The position numbers were made by a program, and so were the translations under genes. A model generated the notes under the pieces. It ran no database searches and was not told the DNA's origin. It worked only from the letters and a program-made list of their open reading frames with translations. DNA of 62,336 nt, filler included. It is 4 parts of 4 records of this genome, joined end to end, with 100 filler letters (N's around TTAATTAATTAA, not from the genome) between each part and the next. Parts side by side here need not be neighbours in the genome. Positions count along the whole stretch, not along the records: positions 20,795 to 50,423 come from SRR20825010_4339; 3 more parts are not named here. One strand, written 5' to 3'. Positions within the stretch are counted from its first letter, which is position 1; every line of letters begins with the position of its first letter. Positions 37,771 to 47,844 of this stretch are shown here, one piece after another.

Positions 37771-38853
37771 ATGGCGCATACTATGGTTCAGGGATCGCAA
37801 CGCACGGAGCATACGAACCCGTCCGGACTGCATCTCCTCAGAGCGACCCCGGAAACATGCCACTGGGGCTATTTCGATGCGTCATTGCCGCCGGTTATCA
37901 AAGTCAAAAGCGGTGATCTGATCCAGGCTGAGGCCGTCACGCATCATGCCGGGGACGCGCCCGAACATATGATGGATGACGCGGTACGGCATATTTTCAA
38001 CACCATTCCTGAAAGCGACCGCAACCCCGGTGTGCATCTGATGACCGGCCCGATCTGGGTGGAAGATGCAAAGCCCGGCGACATGCTGGAAGTGCGCTAT
38101 CTGCGTATGACGCCCCGCTTTGACTATGGCTCAAACCTCGCGGCCAATTGGGGGCATCTCTACAAGGAATTTGGTGAACAGGAACGCGTCACGATCTATC
38201 GTCTCGACAAAGCGACAAATCAGGCCGAAGCTTTTTATGCCTACGACTTCGAAGGCAAATATGAAATTCCCGGCAAGATCACAAATTGCCCTGAATGTGA
38301 TCGCCAGACCGCGTTGAACGGCGTGCGTGTGCCTGTGAGGCCGCATCTGGGAACAGCCGGTGTGGCCCCCGATGTGAAAGGTCGCGTCAGCACAATTCCG
38401 CCCGGTGCCCATGGCGGCAATATCGACAATTGGCGCATTGGTGCGGGGGCTACCATGTTCTACCCCGTGGCTGTCGATGGCGCTCTGTTCTCCATCGGCG
38501 ATCCGCATATCTCGCAAGGCGATGGCGAAATCAGCGGCACGGCGATCGAAGCCTCTCTCGACGTTCTGTTCCAGATCGTATTGCGCAAGGACTTCGAGTT
38601 TCCCTCACCTTTGCTGGAAACACCGAAATACTGGATCGTTCATGGCTTTGATGAAGACCTCAATGTGGCCATGCGTGGTGCCTCGATGGACATGCTCAAA
38701 TTTCTCCATGAGGAACGCAACCTCAGCAAGAACGACGCCTATTCACTGATGAGCATCTCCGCGGACTTTACCGTGACTCAGGTGGTGGATGGTCGGCAGG
38801 GTGTGCATGTTCGCATTCCACGAGACATCTTCCCCCTGTCCGATCCGAAATAG
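37771..38853 (+). CDS. Acetamidase/formamidase family (FmdA/AmdA) protein
   Basis: HWGYFDASLPP, HLMTGPIWVEDAKPGD, PPGAHGGNID, GDPHISQGDGEISGTAIE, TQVVDG. Confidence 0.9.
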   Translation: MAHTMVQGSQRTEHTNPSGLHLLRATPETCHWGYFDASLPPVIKVKSGDLIQAEAVTHHAGDAPEHMMDDAVRHIFNTIPESDRNPGVHLMTGPIWVEDAKPGDMLEVRYLRMTPRFDYGSNLAANWGHLYKEFGEQERVTIYRLDKATNQAEAFYAYDFEGKYEIPGKITNCPECDRQTALNGVRVPVRPHLGTAGVAPDVKGRVSTIPPGAHGGNIDNWRIGAGATMFYPVAVDGALFSIGDPHISQGDGEISGTAIEASLDVLFQIVLRKDFEFPSPLLETPKYWIVHGFDEDLNVAMRGASMDMLKFLHEERNLSKNDAYSLMSISADFTVTQVVDGRQGVHVRIPRDIFPLSDPK

Positions 38854-38980
38854 CCTCCGCTCGACCAGATCAGCTCGGGCACGCTTCTTGCGATGCACAA
38901 TATGTGCAGCGTGATCGGGCAGAGAATATCGCGCAAAGGCAAGGCATGACGCCGTTGGACTGGCCGGATCGCAAATGAGC

Positions 38981-39008
38981 TGCACAAATTTTTGGCACGA
39001 GGCGGGCT
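38981..39008 (+). promoter_or_regulatory. NtrC-like box overlapping a weak sigma54-like element upstream of the AraC-amidase fusion
   Basis: TGCACAAATTTTTGGCA (17 nt) and TGGCACGAGGCGGGCT (GG-N10-GC, poor -12); palindrome TGCACAATATGTGCA at 38894-38908. Confidence 0.45.
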
Positions 39009-39058
39009 GTCTTTTGGCAGTCCGCCGGTGGCCCGTGTATCAGATTGTGTGAGTTCCC

Positions 39059-41455
39059 ATGGACGCCTGGCGTTTTTCCACTGAATCCTACCCGAAACCG
39101 GATCGCTATGAAGCATGGCAGGAGGTGCTGGAGCGGCTTGCCCTGAAACCCACCGGTCATGCCACACCTGACGGGGCATACGGGCTTCTCTCTGCTGTGA
39201 TGTCTCAATCGGGCATGAGCTTTGCCCGCCTTACATCAACACCGCAAGACATTCGTGCCATTCAGGAAATTAACAAGGAAGCCGGCAAGGACGGCGTTTG
39301 GGTGACCTCGCTGCTGGAAGGTCAGGTCACGTTCCATGATGCGAGCAACGAGATCAAAGCCACAGTGGGCGACATTGTATTTGGCGCTGTCGGATCAGAT
39401 ACGTCTTTCACGCTGGAAACAAATTGCAGACTGGTTGTGGTCTATATACCGCGCTCTGCATTTCGCCCGAAGTTGATGGCCCCTTTGCCCACAAAGGTCA
39501 TCCACCTTTCCGGTCGTGCAGGCATCGGGCATGTCATGGCGGGCTTTCTTGCATCCGTGTCCGAGGCGCTGGAAGACCTAAGCGTTGACCAACTGCGCCC
39601 CATTGAAATGGCGCTGCCTGAATTTCTGATGGCCGGCATTTTCCGGCAGGCAGATACGCGCGCGCTGGGTGGAGCCGCCGGTGTTCGCGCCGCCCTGCTC
39701 CATCGCGTTTGCCAAACCATTGAAGCCCAGTTGGGTGACCCCGACCTTTCGCTTACCAATGTCGCTGACACGCATGGCATCTCGCCTCGCTATGTGCAAA
39801 AGCTCTTTGAAAATGTCGGCCAGAGTTTTACACGCTACATTCGATATCGCCGGTTGGAGCGCTGCCGCTACGATCTGGAAAGCCCCATTCACAACCAGCT
39901 CTCTATATCGGACATTTGCTTCCGGTGGGGTTTCAATGACGCGGCGCACTTCAGCCGTGCGTTCCGAGATCAGTATGGCGTATCCCCCCGCGAATTTCGT
40001 CGCTCGGTCCCAAGCGCACAAGAAGCAACAGATCCATGGGTCACAAATCGCGGACGCCCTGACGAGCGCGTCGGCACACCCCGAGATGACCGCTCTGTCG
40101 CTTTCTCCGACATTCCTGGCGATACCGCGCTCGCTGAATCACCGGTGGTGAACGATCGAACTGACATAGTTTACGAACCGACCCCACTTTCCGTTCCACT
40201 GTCGGATGATGGTTCACGCCATCACTATCTGCCTGTCACAGCCAATACGGTTCATTGGGGATATTTTAGCCGGTTCATTCCACCGGTTCTGGAAATGAAA
40301 TCGGGGGACTTTGTTACCATCGAGACGCTCACCCAGCATGCCTATGACGACTATGAACGCATGATCGAAAATGATCCCGGTGCAGAAAGCGTGTTTCACT
40401 GGACCAAAGACGGCAAGAATGTCGATCGTCGCGGTGCAGGACCGATGGATGGCTCAACCTATGGCAGAGGGGCTGGTGAAGGTTTTGGTGTGCATATTTG
40501 CACAGGGCCGATTGCAATTGAGGATGCAAAACCCGGCGACATTATCGAGCTTCGGGTTCTGGATATTCAGCCGCGCCCTTCGGCCAGCACACGGTTCGAG
40601 GGACGCCATTTCGGTTCCAACGCTGCGGCGTGGTGGGGGTTTCATTACAACGAGCTATTGACCCAACCGACACAGCGCGAAGTCATCACGATTTATGAAA
40701 TCGAGAAACGCCGCACAGGCGATATCGCGAAGGCCGTCTATAATTACCGCTGGACACCGCAGACTGACCCATATGGCGTCGTACATAATGTGATCGACTA
40801 TCCCGGTGTTCCTGTTGATCACACAACGATTGAAAAAAACTTCGATGTTCTGAAAAACATCGAGATTCCGCTACGTGCGCATTTCGGTGTGGTCGCACTT
40901 GCACCAGACCATTGGGGCATAGTGGATAGCGTTCCGCCCGCTTACTTCGGCGGCAATATCGATAATTGGCGATTGGGTGCTGGCGCGCGGGTATTCCTGC
41001 CAGTGTCGGTGCCGGGTGCGCTTTTGTCTGTCGGCGATCCACATGCCTCGCAAGGCGATAGCGAGCTTTGCGGAACTGCAATCGAATGTTCTCTGACGGG
41101 CGTGTTCCAAGTGGTTCTGCACAAGAAGCGGGAGCTGGAAAGCAAGCTCATAGATCTTGATTACCCACTTATCGAGACGGACGAGGAATGGGTGATCACA
41201 GGATTTTCCCACCCCAACTATCTGAAAGAACTTGGCAAGAATGCGCAGACCGAGGTTTACAAACAAGCCTCGGTTGACGGCGCTATGCGCGATGCATTCC
41301 GTAAGACGCGGCGCTTTCTCATGACATCGAAAGGCCTAAGTGAAGACGAGGCTATCTCGCTCATTTCAGTGGCAGTCGATTTCGGGATCACCCAGATTGT
41401 TGATGGCAATTGGGGCGTGCATGCTGTGATCAGGAAGTCCATGTTTCGTTCGTGA
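39059..41455 (+). CDS. AraC-family regulator fused to a C-terminal acetamidase/formamidase domain
   Basis: FeaR-like N-terminus (FSTESYPKPDRYEAW), AraC HTH (LGDPDLS..ISPRYVQKLF..ISDICFRWGFNDAAHFSRAFRDQYGVSPREFR), linker, then VHWGYF..GGNIDNW..GDPHASQGDSE..GTAIE..TQIVDG in one continuous frame. Confidence 0.9.
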   Translation: MDAWRFSTESYPKPDRYEAWQEVLERLALKPTGHATPDGAYGLLSAVMSQSGMSFARLTSTPQDIRAIQEINKEAGKDGVWVTSLLEGQVTFHDASNEIKATVGDIVFGAVGSDTSFTLETNCRLVVVYIPRSAFRPKLMAPLPTKVIHLSGRAGIGHVMAGFLASVSEALEDLSVDQLRPIEMALPEFLMAGIFRQADTRALGGAAGVRAALLHRVCQTIEAQLGDPDLSLTNVADTHGISPRYVQKLFENVGQSFTRYIRYRRLERCRYDLESPIHNQLSISDICFRWGFNDAAHFSRAFRDQYGVSPREFRRSVPSAQEATDPWVTNRGRPDERVGTPRDDRSVAFSDIPGDTALAESPVVNDRTDIVYEPTPLSVPLSDDGSRHHYLPVTANTVHWGYFSRFIPPVLEMKSGDFVTIETLTQHAYDDYERMIENDPGAESVFHWTKDGKNVDRRGAGPMDGSTYGRGAGEGFGVHICTGPIAIEDAKPGDIIELRVLDIQPRPSASTRFEGRHFGSNAAAWWGFHYNELLTQPTQREVITIYEIEKRRTGDIAKAVYNYRWTPQTDPYGVVHNVIDYPGVPVDHTTIEKNFDVLKNIEIPLRAHFGVVALAPDHWGIVDSVPPAYFGGNIDNWRLGAGARVFLPVSVPGALLSVGDPHASQGDSELCGTAIECSLTGVFQVVLHKKRELESKLIDLDYPLIETDEEWVITGFSHPNYLKELGKNAQTEVYKQASVDGAMRDAFRKTRRFLMTSKGLSEDEAISLISVAVDFGITQIVDGNWGVHAVIRKSMFRS

Positions 41456-42347
41456 CGATGGCGCTCAAACCCGATAGCGCATAGGACGGTGCGCTGGGGC
41501 CTGCAAAAGTGCAGGCCACTGATGCAACACGAGCTGCGAACATCATCGACTTCTCCAAAGAGGCACCAGCCATATCGGCAAATAGAAATCCGGCGTGGAA
41601 CGCATCGCCTGCACCTGTTGTATCCACCGCATGACAGGCCACGGCCGGAACACGAAAAACCTCGCCGCCATGAAGGGCACCAATGGCACCTTGATCGCCC
41701 ATGGTCACGATATTGCAACTTCCGCCCAATTCGGCGAGCGCTGCAAGCATGTCGACATCCTTGTCGGAACCTGCAATTTCCGAGGCAACACTCTTGGGCA
41801 CAATCGATGTTTCGACCAGAGAGATCAGCTCGGATGTCTGGGGTGAAAGCACTTCGATATCGGTCATTGTCGCAACACCCCGAATTGCAGCTTCATGGGC
41901 AAGGTTGATCGATGCTTCAATCTCATTCCCGTCAAAATAGAGATATGAGGTTTCGGCCCATATTGCCTCATCGATCTGTCCGCTAAAGGCCGGAAAATCT
42001 GCAGACTGTGTTTCAACAATGCTGCGCTCACCAGTTTTTCGGTCGACCAGAATATAGGCACAAGGGTTGGCAAGCCCCGCCGCACGCTCGACAGCGCGCA
42101 CATCGATGCCGCTTTCCTGCAGAAATTGCATCACCAGATCACCGCTGGCTTGTGCGCCTACAACACCGGCATAGGAAACATGCGCGCCCAGCGCGGCCAA
42201 TGTCACAGCAGCGTTCACGCATTGGCCACCAATGACGATTGCCGGATCACCTGCACGCTGTTTGCTATCCGCACGCACCACAGCCAAATCGACGCTGAAC
42301 ACATAGTCCACGCTGTTTCGTCCGACACAAAGCACTCTGGATGTCAT
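41430..42347 (-). CDS. PfkB/ribokinase-family carbohydrate kinase
   Basis: GGQCVNAAVTLAALG, VTMGDQG, AVDTTGAGDAFHAGF; start moved to MTSRV. Confidence 0.9.
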   Translation of the reverse strand: MTSRVLCVGRNSVDYVFSVDLAVVRADSKQRAGDPAIVIGGQCVNAAVTLAALGAHVSYAGVVGAQASGDLVMQFLQESGIDVRAVERAAGLANPCAYILVDRKTGERSIVETQSADFPAFSGQIDEAIWAETSYLYFDGNEIEASINLAHEAAIRGVATMTDIEVLSPQTSELISLVETSIVPKSVASEIAGSDKDVDMLAALAELGGSCNIVTMGDQGAIGALHGGEVFRVPAVACHAVDTTGAGDAFHAGFLFADMAGASLEKSMMFAARVASVACTFAGPSAPSYALSGLSAIVTNETWTS

Positions 42348-42558
42348 CGCTCTCTCCCAAAATCTCACATCGACAGTAGCGCAACCTGCTCGCTGATGGT
42401 GGGTACAGAAACGCTCAATAACTTGCATATCCGCCCACTTTTTTGGCGAGACTTCAATGCAGGACAAAACAAGCCAAGTTTCCGGGCGTCCTCATGCCTG
42501 AATTCGCACGGGAGCGGTCACAAAATGAAGACGGGCGCATAAACTTCAGGGACTGGCA

Positions 42559-44424
42559 ATGCAGAAATCGGGACCAACACGGCGCGAGGCGCTAAAGGGT
42601 TTGGCAGCAGGCGGCGTTTCGGCAACGCTGATAAGCGCTGTACCGGCCAAGGCGCAGACCAGCCCAACATTCCTTCATGGTGTGGCAAGCGGCGATCCGG
42701 AAGCAAATGCTGTCATCATCTGGACGCGCGTGACTGCTGCGTCGGAAACAGCGGTCAAATGGCAAGTTGCAACTGATCCCGCATTTACCAGAATAGTAAG
42801 TTCGGGAGAGATCCGCGCGATCGCGGCCAATGACTATACGATCAAGGTGGATGTTCGCGACCTGAAAACGGGCAAAGAATATTTCTACCGGTTCATGGCT
42901 GACGATGCGACCTCACCCGTTGGTCGGACGCGTACACTGGCCGACAAATCAGCAAAGCAATTACGGCTCGGCGTTGTCTCATGTTCACATTACGGCTTCG
43001 GCTTCTTCAATGTTTACAAGGAGCTTTCAAAACAAGCGAACCTCGACGCCATTATCCATCTCGGCGATTACATCTACGAGTACGGACCTGACGGGTATGG
43101 CGGCGATGTCGCCAAGGAAATTGGCCGCGAGCATGAACCCGCGCATGAAATTGTAACGCTGGACGACTACCGCACGCGTTTTTCTCAGTACCGGCGCGAC
43201 CCTGATCTGCAGGCCGCACATGCGTCAGCGCCCTTCATCACGATTTGGGATGATCACGAGACCGCCAACAATTCCTGGGTTGGAGGTGCACAAAATCACC
43301 AGCCGGAGAAAGAAGGTTCGTGGGAGACGCGCCGCGACGCGGCTATGCGTGCCTATTTTGAATGGATGCCGATCCGTGATCCCAAGCCGGGTGAGGCTTT
43401 TCACACGCTTCACCGTACATATGCCATGGGTGAGCTGGCGACTGTCCACACAATCGAGACTAGGCTGACAGCCAGAAGCGAAGAAGTGGACTATGAAGCG
43501 CAGATGCTCTGGTTCGAGACCAGCTATGACGTACAGGACCCGGCGCACCCTGTTCCCGTGAGCGCTGACAAGGCGTCTGCGCTGGGCACACACAAAGTCC
43601 TCAAACTCAAGACACCCTATTCTGACATAAATGGCGAGCCGGTTTACGACTATGCTCGCGCTGCCAAATGGGCAACTGATGGTTTGCCGGAAGGCTTTAG
43701 CTATCGCGCGGATACGGAGCGGTTTCGTGCTGAAGTTTTGGGAAATCCCGCACGCACATTGCTGGGCGCGAAGCAGCTTGATTGGCTCAAGGGTGAACTC
43801 AAAGCATCCCGTGCCAAAGACATTCCATGGCAAATTCTGGGTAATCAAGTGGTCATGGCCCGTATGGATGCACCGGATTTCACTAAAGCGTTTCCGCCAG
43901 AGGTTATCGCGCCTGCACTGACTAATCCCTATAATCGCCTCTGGGTGGAGCGCACGAAGTATCGCCTGCCTATCAGCCCCGGCGCATGGGACGGATATCC
44001 TGCAGCTCGTCAGCGTCTATACGAAGCCGTGCGCGAGGCAGAAGCCAATTTCGTAGTTCTGTCAGGCGACTCCCACCAGTTCTGGGCTAATGACCTACGT
44101 GAGACACCTGAGGGGCAACGCATCGGCGTTGAGTTCGCAACGAGTTCGGTCAGCTCTAAAGGTGGATATGACTATCTGGCCGCCGACCCGCGCGTCTTCG
44201 ATATTGCCGAAGAGACGCTGCTGCGCGATGTACCTGAAATCACTTATTGCGAAACACGTCATCGCGGCTACATCCTACTGGAGGTAGAGGCCGATGCCGT
44301 TCGTGCCGACTATATGGCTGTGTCTACTGTTCGCTCATCCAACTATACAACAAAACGCCTGCGCCGTTTCGAGGTGACCCGAGAAGGCGCAGGCGCATTA
44401 TCTGCTATCAAAACGATAGGCTGA
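42559..44424 (+). CDS. phoD: Alkaline phosphatase D (PhoD), Tat-exported
   Basis: Twin-arginine TRREALK, FLHGVASGDP, HLGDYIYEYG, WDDHETANN, WDGYPAARQRL, LSGDSH. Confidence 0.93.
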   Translation: MQKSGPTRREALKGLAAGGVSATLISAVPAKAQTSPTFLHGVASGDPEANAVIIWTRVTAASETAVKWQVATDPAFTRIVSSGEIRAIAANDYTIKVDVRDLKTGKEYFYRFMADDATSPVGRTRTLADKSAKQLRLGVVSCSHYGFGFFNVYKELSKQANLDAIIHLGDYIYEYGPDGYGGDVAKEIGREHEPAHEIVTLDDYRTRFSQYRRDPDLQAAHASAPFITIWDDHETANNSWVGGAQNHQPEKEGSWETRRDAAMRAYFEWMPIRDPKPGEAFHTLHRTYAMGELATVHTIETRLTARSEEVDYEAQMLWFETSYDVQDPAHPVPVSADKASALGTHKVLKLKTPYSDINGEPVYDYARAAKWATDGLPEGFSYRADTERFRAEVLGNPARTLLGAKQLDWLKGELKASRAKDIPWQILGNQVVMARMDAPDFTKAFPPEVIAPALTNPYNRLWVERTKYRLPISPGAWDGYPAARQRLYEAVREAEANFVVLSGDSHQFWANDLRETPEGQRIGVEFATSSVSSKGGYDYLAADPRVFDIAEETLLRDVPEITYCETRHRGYILLEVEADAVRADYMAVSTVRSSNYTTKRLRRFEVTREGAGALSAIKTIG

Positions 44425-44916
44425 TCACTCGCGGGTAAAGTCGGACGGCACGAGCGGATCGGGACCGGCTTTACCCCAGAGGACAATTTCATTGCCCCAA
44501 GGATCACGGAAGGCGTGGTTGAAGCCGTTGAATTCTTTCCAATAGTGATTACGCCAGAGGATTTCAGCACCGCGGGATTCTGCTTCCTTCAGGATCCGCT
44601 CCTTGCTGTCATCAGCACTGATCAGCACCCAGATACGCGCCTTGCGGCCTGTAACTGATGGCTGGCGCGGATCCACGCCTTCGGGCACGGGATGGGGACG
44701 CGCATTTGCGGCGTCATGGATGCCGATATGGAAATTACCGATCTGACTCTGTGTCCCGTCGGGATTGAGCGCGTTCTGCCCCGGCACCATACGGTGATAG
44801 ACACCATAGGGGCGCGGGTCATTTTCCCAGCCGAAAACCGCTGCGTAGAATTCCGCACATGCAGCCGGATCGGTAGATGTAAGATCAACAAAGATAAGCG
44901 TATTAGGATATGACAC
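44425..44916 (-). CDS. VOC/glyoxalase-family protein
   Basis: FVDL...AEFYAAVFGW, FRDPWGNEIVLW; probable GTG start after an AGGA RBS. Confidence 0.75.
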   Translation of the reverse strand: MSYPNTLIFVDLTSTDPAACAEFYAAVFGWENDPRPYGVYHRMVPGQNALNPDGTQSQIGNFHIGIHDAANARPHPVPEGVDPRQPSVTGRKARIWVLISADDSKERILKEAESRGAEILWRNHYWKEFNGFNHAFRDPWGNEIVLWGKAGPDPLVPSDFTRE

Positions 44917-45045
44917 GGGAATATTCCTGCAGGTTCGGATCAGACAGCGGGAAAGGCCCGCAGCCAAAATCCGACCCTGCACGATGGCACTGGTTGCTTC
45001 TTGTCTGGATACGCCGAATTTGCTGAATTGTGAGCGTGAAGTCGT

Positions 45046-46908
45046 TTAGCTCGGCAAAGGTTTGGGGGCCGGATCGCTGAGATGTGCGCGGGCACGCTCT
45101 GCTGCAGTTTTCGGCTTTTCTTCCGCGGTCGATCGTTCCGGACGATCCAGATAGGCGACACGCCAGCCTGCTCCCGCCCGGAAGTTTCTGTCACTACAAA
45201 AGGGATGGACCGCCCCTTCCGGCGATACGGCATAAAGCAGGATGCTCTCGTCGGACTGGTTGGATTCCATCTGCTTGAACTTAAACTCTTCCGTCAGACG
45301 AGTGTGCCGGATTTCAAAACCCTCTTTGATGATCAGACTCTCAAGCTGTTCCAACGTCACGCCATCAGCAAAAAGCGTTCGGCCATCTGGTCGAGTGGCT
45401 CGTTCGGCTGTATCGGCAATCCTGATATTGTAAACATTGGCGGAGCCAAATTCATTGGCATAACGCAGGCAGGCCAGTGAATTGAGCGGCGCACGATGGG
45501 ATAAGCCAAGCAACATGCCGATGCCGACAAGATCGAGACGCCTATCAGCGTCATCGGAGACGACCGTGCCGAAATAGGTCCGCAGGCCACCCATTCGGGC
45601 TGTACGGATCTGATCCCACGATGTGTCAGCTACAATGACTTCGATATCGAGCTTTTTGAGGCTCTGAGCAATGGCCAGCGCAACAGGATTGCCGCCCACG
45701 ATTATCAGACCACGCGCGTCAGGCTCCGCCACACCCATCCAGTACGCCACCTGTCTCGCAGTCAGACCATTTGCGAGCACGGTCACAACAATCACGGCAA
45801 AGGTCAGCTGCACGAGACTTTCCGCCCCTACCACACCGGCATCCTGTAACCGCAATGCAAACAGAGCTGACACGGCAGCCGCCACAATGCCGCGTGGCGC
45901 GATCCAGGACAGCACTGCACGCTCTGCCCAAGGCAGCTTAGTGCCCACAGTCGAGACAAAGACCGACAAGGGACGCGCGATAAAAAGGACGAACAACAAC
46001 AGGAAGATAGTAGACAGACCGTCAACCTCAATATTGTCCAGCGGTACGCGCGCGGCGAGAATGATGAAAAGCACGGATGTCAGAAGAACGGTCAGACTTT
46101 CCTTGAAGTGCAGAATTTCTTCGGTGTCGATGTCTTTGCTGTTAGCTAGAATGACACCCATGACAGTGACCGCGAGCAACCCTGATTCATGCGCCAATGC
46201 GTTGGATAGCGAGAACGCGAAGAGGACAACGGCCAGTGTGATGACATTGTGTAGATAGTCCGGCATGACGTGACGACGTAACGCGAAAGCAAGCCCGTAA
46301 GCGGCGGCGGCACCAATGGCCGCACCAATGCCAAACACTTCCGCGACCAGCAAGAAGTCGCTCGGGTGCTCCGGCCCAATTGCAACAAGCTGGAAGATCA
46401 CAAGGGCAGCCAACGCGCCCAGCGGATCGATCAGAATGCCCTCCCATCGCAAAATATTGGACAGGCTCTTATTGGGCCTTACCGATCGCAGGATAGGCAC
46501 AATGACGGTCGGACCTGTGACCGAGACAAGGGCACCAAAAAGCAGCGCCACTTCCCACGAAAAGAAACCAAGCGCCCATGCCGCAAAGGCAATGCTGACC
46601 ATGGACACCAATGCGCCCATCGTGATGAGGCGTGTCACCACCTGACCATGGCCTCTGATCTCGCTGAATTTGAGCGTAAGGCTACCTTCAAAAAGAATGA
46701 CGGCCACACCGAGCGAAACCGCAGGTAAAAGCAAATCTCCAAAAAGCTCGTCGGGCTTCAGGACACCTGTGACCGGACCCGCCAGAACGCCCGCCACCAA
46801 AAGCAACAGGATGGCGGGTTGTTTCAGCCACCACGACAACCATTGAGCGGCGATACCGATGGCTACAATGAGCGAAATGATAAATGCCGGACCGATATGT
46901 TCGAGCAT
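45046..46908 (-). CDS. CPA1 Na+/H+ antiporter with C-terminal NAD-binding (TrkA-N-like) domain
   Basis: AVILFEGSL, SVTGPTV, WEGILIDPLG, HESGLL, WIAPRGIVAAAVS, IIVGGN. Confidence 0.9.
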   Translation of the reverse strand: MLEHIGPAFIISLIVAIGIAAQWLSWWLKQPAILLLLVAGVLAGPVTGVLKPDELFGDLLLPAVSLGVAVILFEGSLTLKFSEIRGHGQVVTRLITMGALVSMVSIAFAAWALGFFSWEVALLFGALVSVTGPTVIVPILRSVRPNKSLSNILRWEGILIDPLGALAALVIFQLVAIGPEHPSDFLLVAEVFGIGAAIGAAAAYGLAFALRRHVMPDYLHNVITLAVVLFAFSLSNALAHESGLLAVTVMGVILANSKDIDTEEILHFKESLTVLLTSVLFIILAARVPLDNIEVDGLSTIFLLLFVLFIARPLSVFVSTVGTKLPWAERAVLSWIAPRGIVAAAVSALFALRLQDAGVVGAESLVQLTFAVIVVTVLANGLTARQVAYWMGVAEPDARGLIIVGGNPVALAIAQSLKKLDIEVIVADTSWDQIRTARMGGLRTYFGTVVSDDADRRLDLVGIGMLLGLSHRAPLNSLACLRYANEFGSANVYNIRIADTAERATRPDGRTLFADGVTLEQLESLIIKEGFEIRHTRLTEEFKFKQMESNQSDESILLYAVSPEGAVHPFCSDRNFRAGAGWRVAYLDRPERSTAEEKPKTAAERARAHLSDPAPKPLPS

Positions 46909-47178
46909 GTAGCTGACTTCTCCGTATCGCTTGGTTCGCCCCTATTGCCATGGCAATGCCAGTCTGGGGGCATCATTTTTATTTGCGGTGTATCGAAAGC
47001 GGTCACCGATACCGCCAACAAGATTTTCACACTATAGTGGCGAATGCCAATGGATGATCACACCTATCTCATTTTGTTAGTGCGGCGATCCTTTTGTTTT
47101 AGTGGACATGGCAGAACCGTTGTCATCCCTGCCCCACAAATCCAAGGCAAGATGCGGGCCTAGCCTTCGGGAGACGAT

Positions 47179-47844
47179 ATGAGCAATAGGACGAGAAGCA
47201 ACATCGATAGCGACATGCTTCTGCGTGCCTATGCTTTTGGCGTCTTTCCGATGGCGGAAGCGCGGGACGATCCCGAGCTTTACTGGATTGATCCCGAGTT
47301 GCGCGGGATCCTGCCGCTGGATAATTTCCATTTGCCCAAAAGGCTACGCCGCACAATCAAGGCGGCGCCATTCGACATTCGCGTCAACACAAGCTTCCGG
47401 CAGGTCATGCTTGGCTGCGCAGAGAGCGGACCCGAGCGCGAGGGCACGTGGATCAATGACCAGATTTTGGAGCTTTACGGCGAGCTGTTTGCGCGCGGGC
47501 ATGCCCATTGCGTTGAGTGCTGGCAAAACGGTCGCTTGGTCGGCGGGCTCTACGGGGTTTCGCTCGGTTCGGCCTTCTTTGGCGAAAGCATGTTCAGCCG
47601 CGAGACCGATGCCAGCAAAGTGGCGTTGGTGCATCTGGTCGGACGGCTGATTGCAGGAGGCTTCACCCTGCTCGACACGCAATTTGTAACCGAGCATCTC
47701 AAACAATTCGGAACGATTGAAATTCCGCGCGATACTTATCGTGCAATGCTGCATGAAGCCACACTTGGTCACGCCGACTTCATGCGGATGCCCGCCGATT
47801 ACGACGCGTCAGAGCTTTTGCAGGTCTTAAGCCAGACGTCATAG
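47179..47844 (+). CDS. aat: Leucyl/phenylalanyl-tRNA--protein transferase
   Basis: [48 protein letters not shown]. Confidence 0.95.
   Translation: MSNRTRSNIDSDMLLRAYAFGVFPMAEARDDPELYWIDPELRGILPLDNFHLPKRLRRTIKAAPFDIRVNTSFRQVMLGCAESGPEREGTWINDQILELYGELFARGHAHCVECWQNGRLVGGLYGVSLGSAFFGESMFSRETDASKVALVHLVGRLIAGGFTLLDTQFVTEHLKQFGTIEIPRDTYRAMLHEATLGHADFMRMPADYDASELLQVLSQTS

Noticed and set aside
47799-47844. 46-nt convergent overlap of aat and DUF2155
   Set aside because: Ordinary tail-to-tail overlap in a conserved core alphaproteobacterial region
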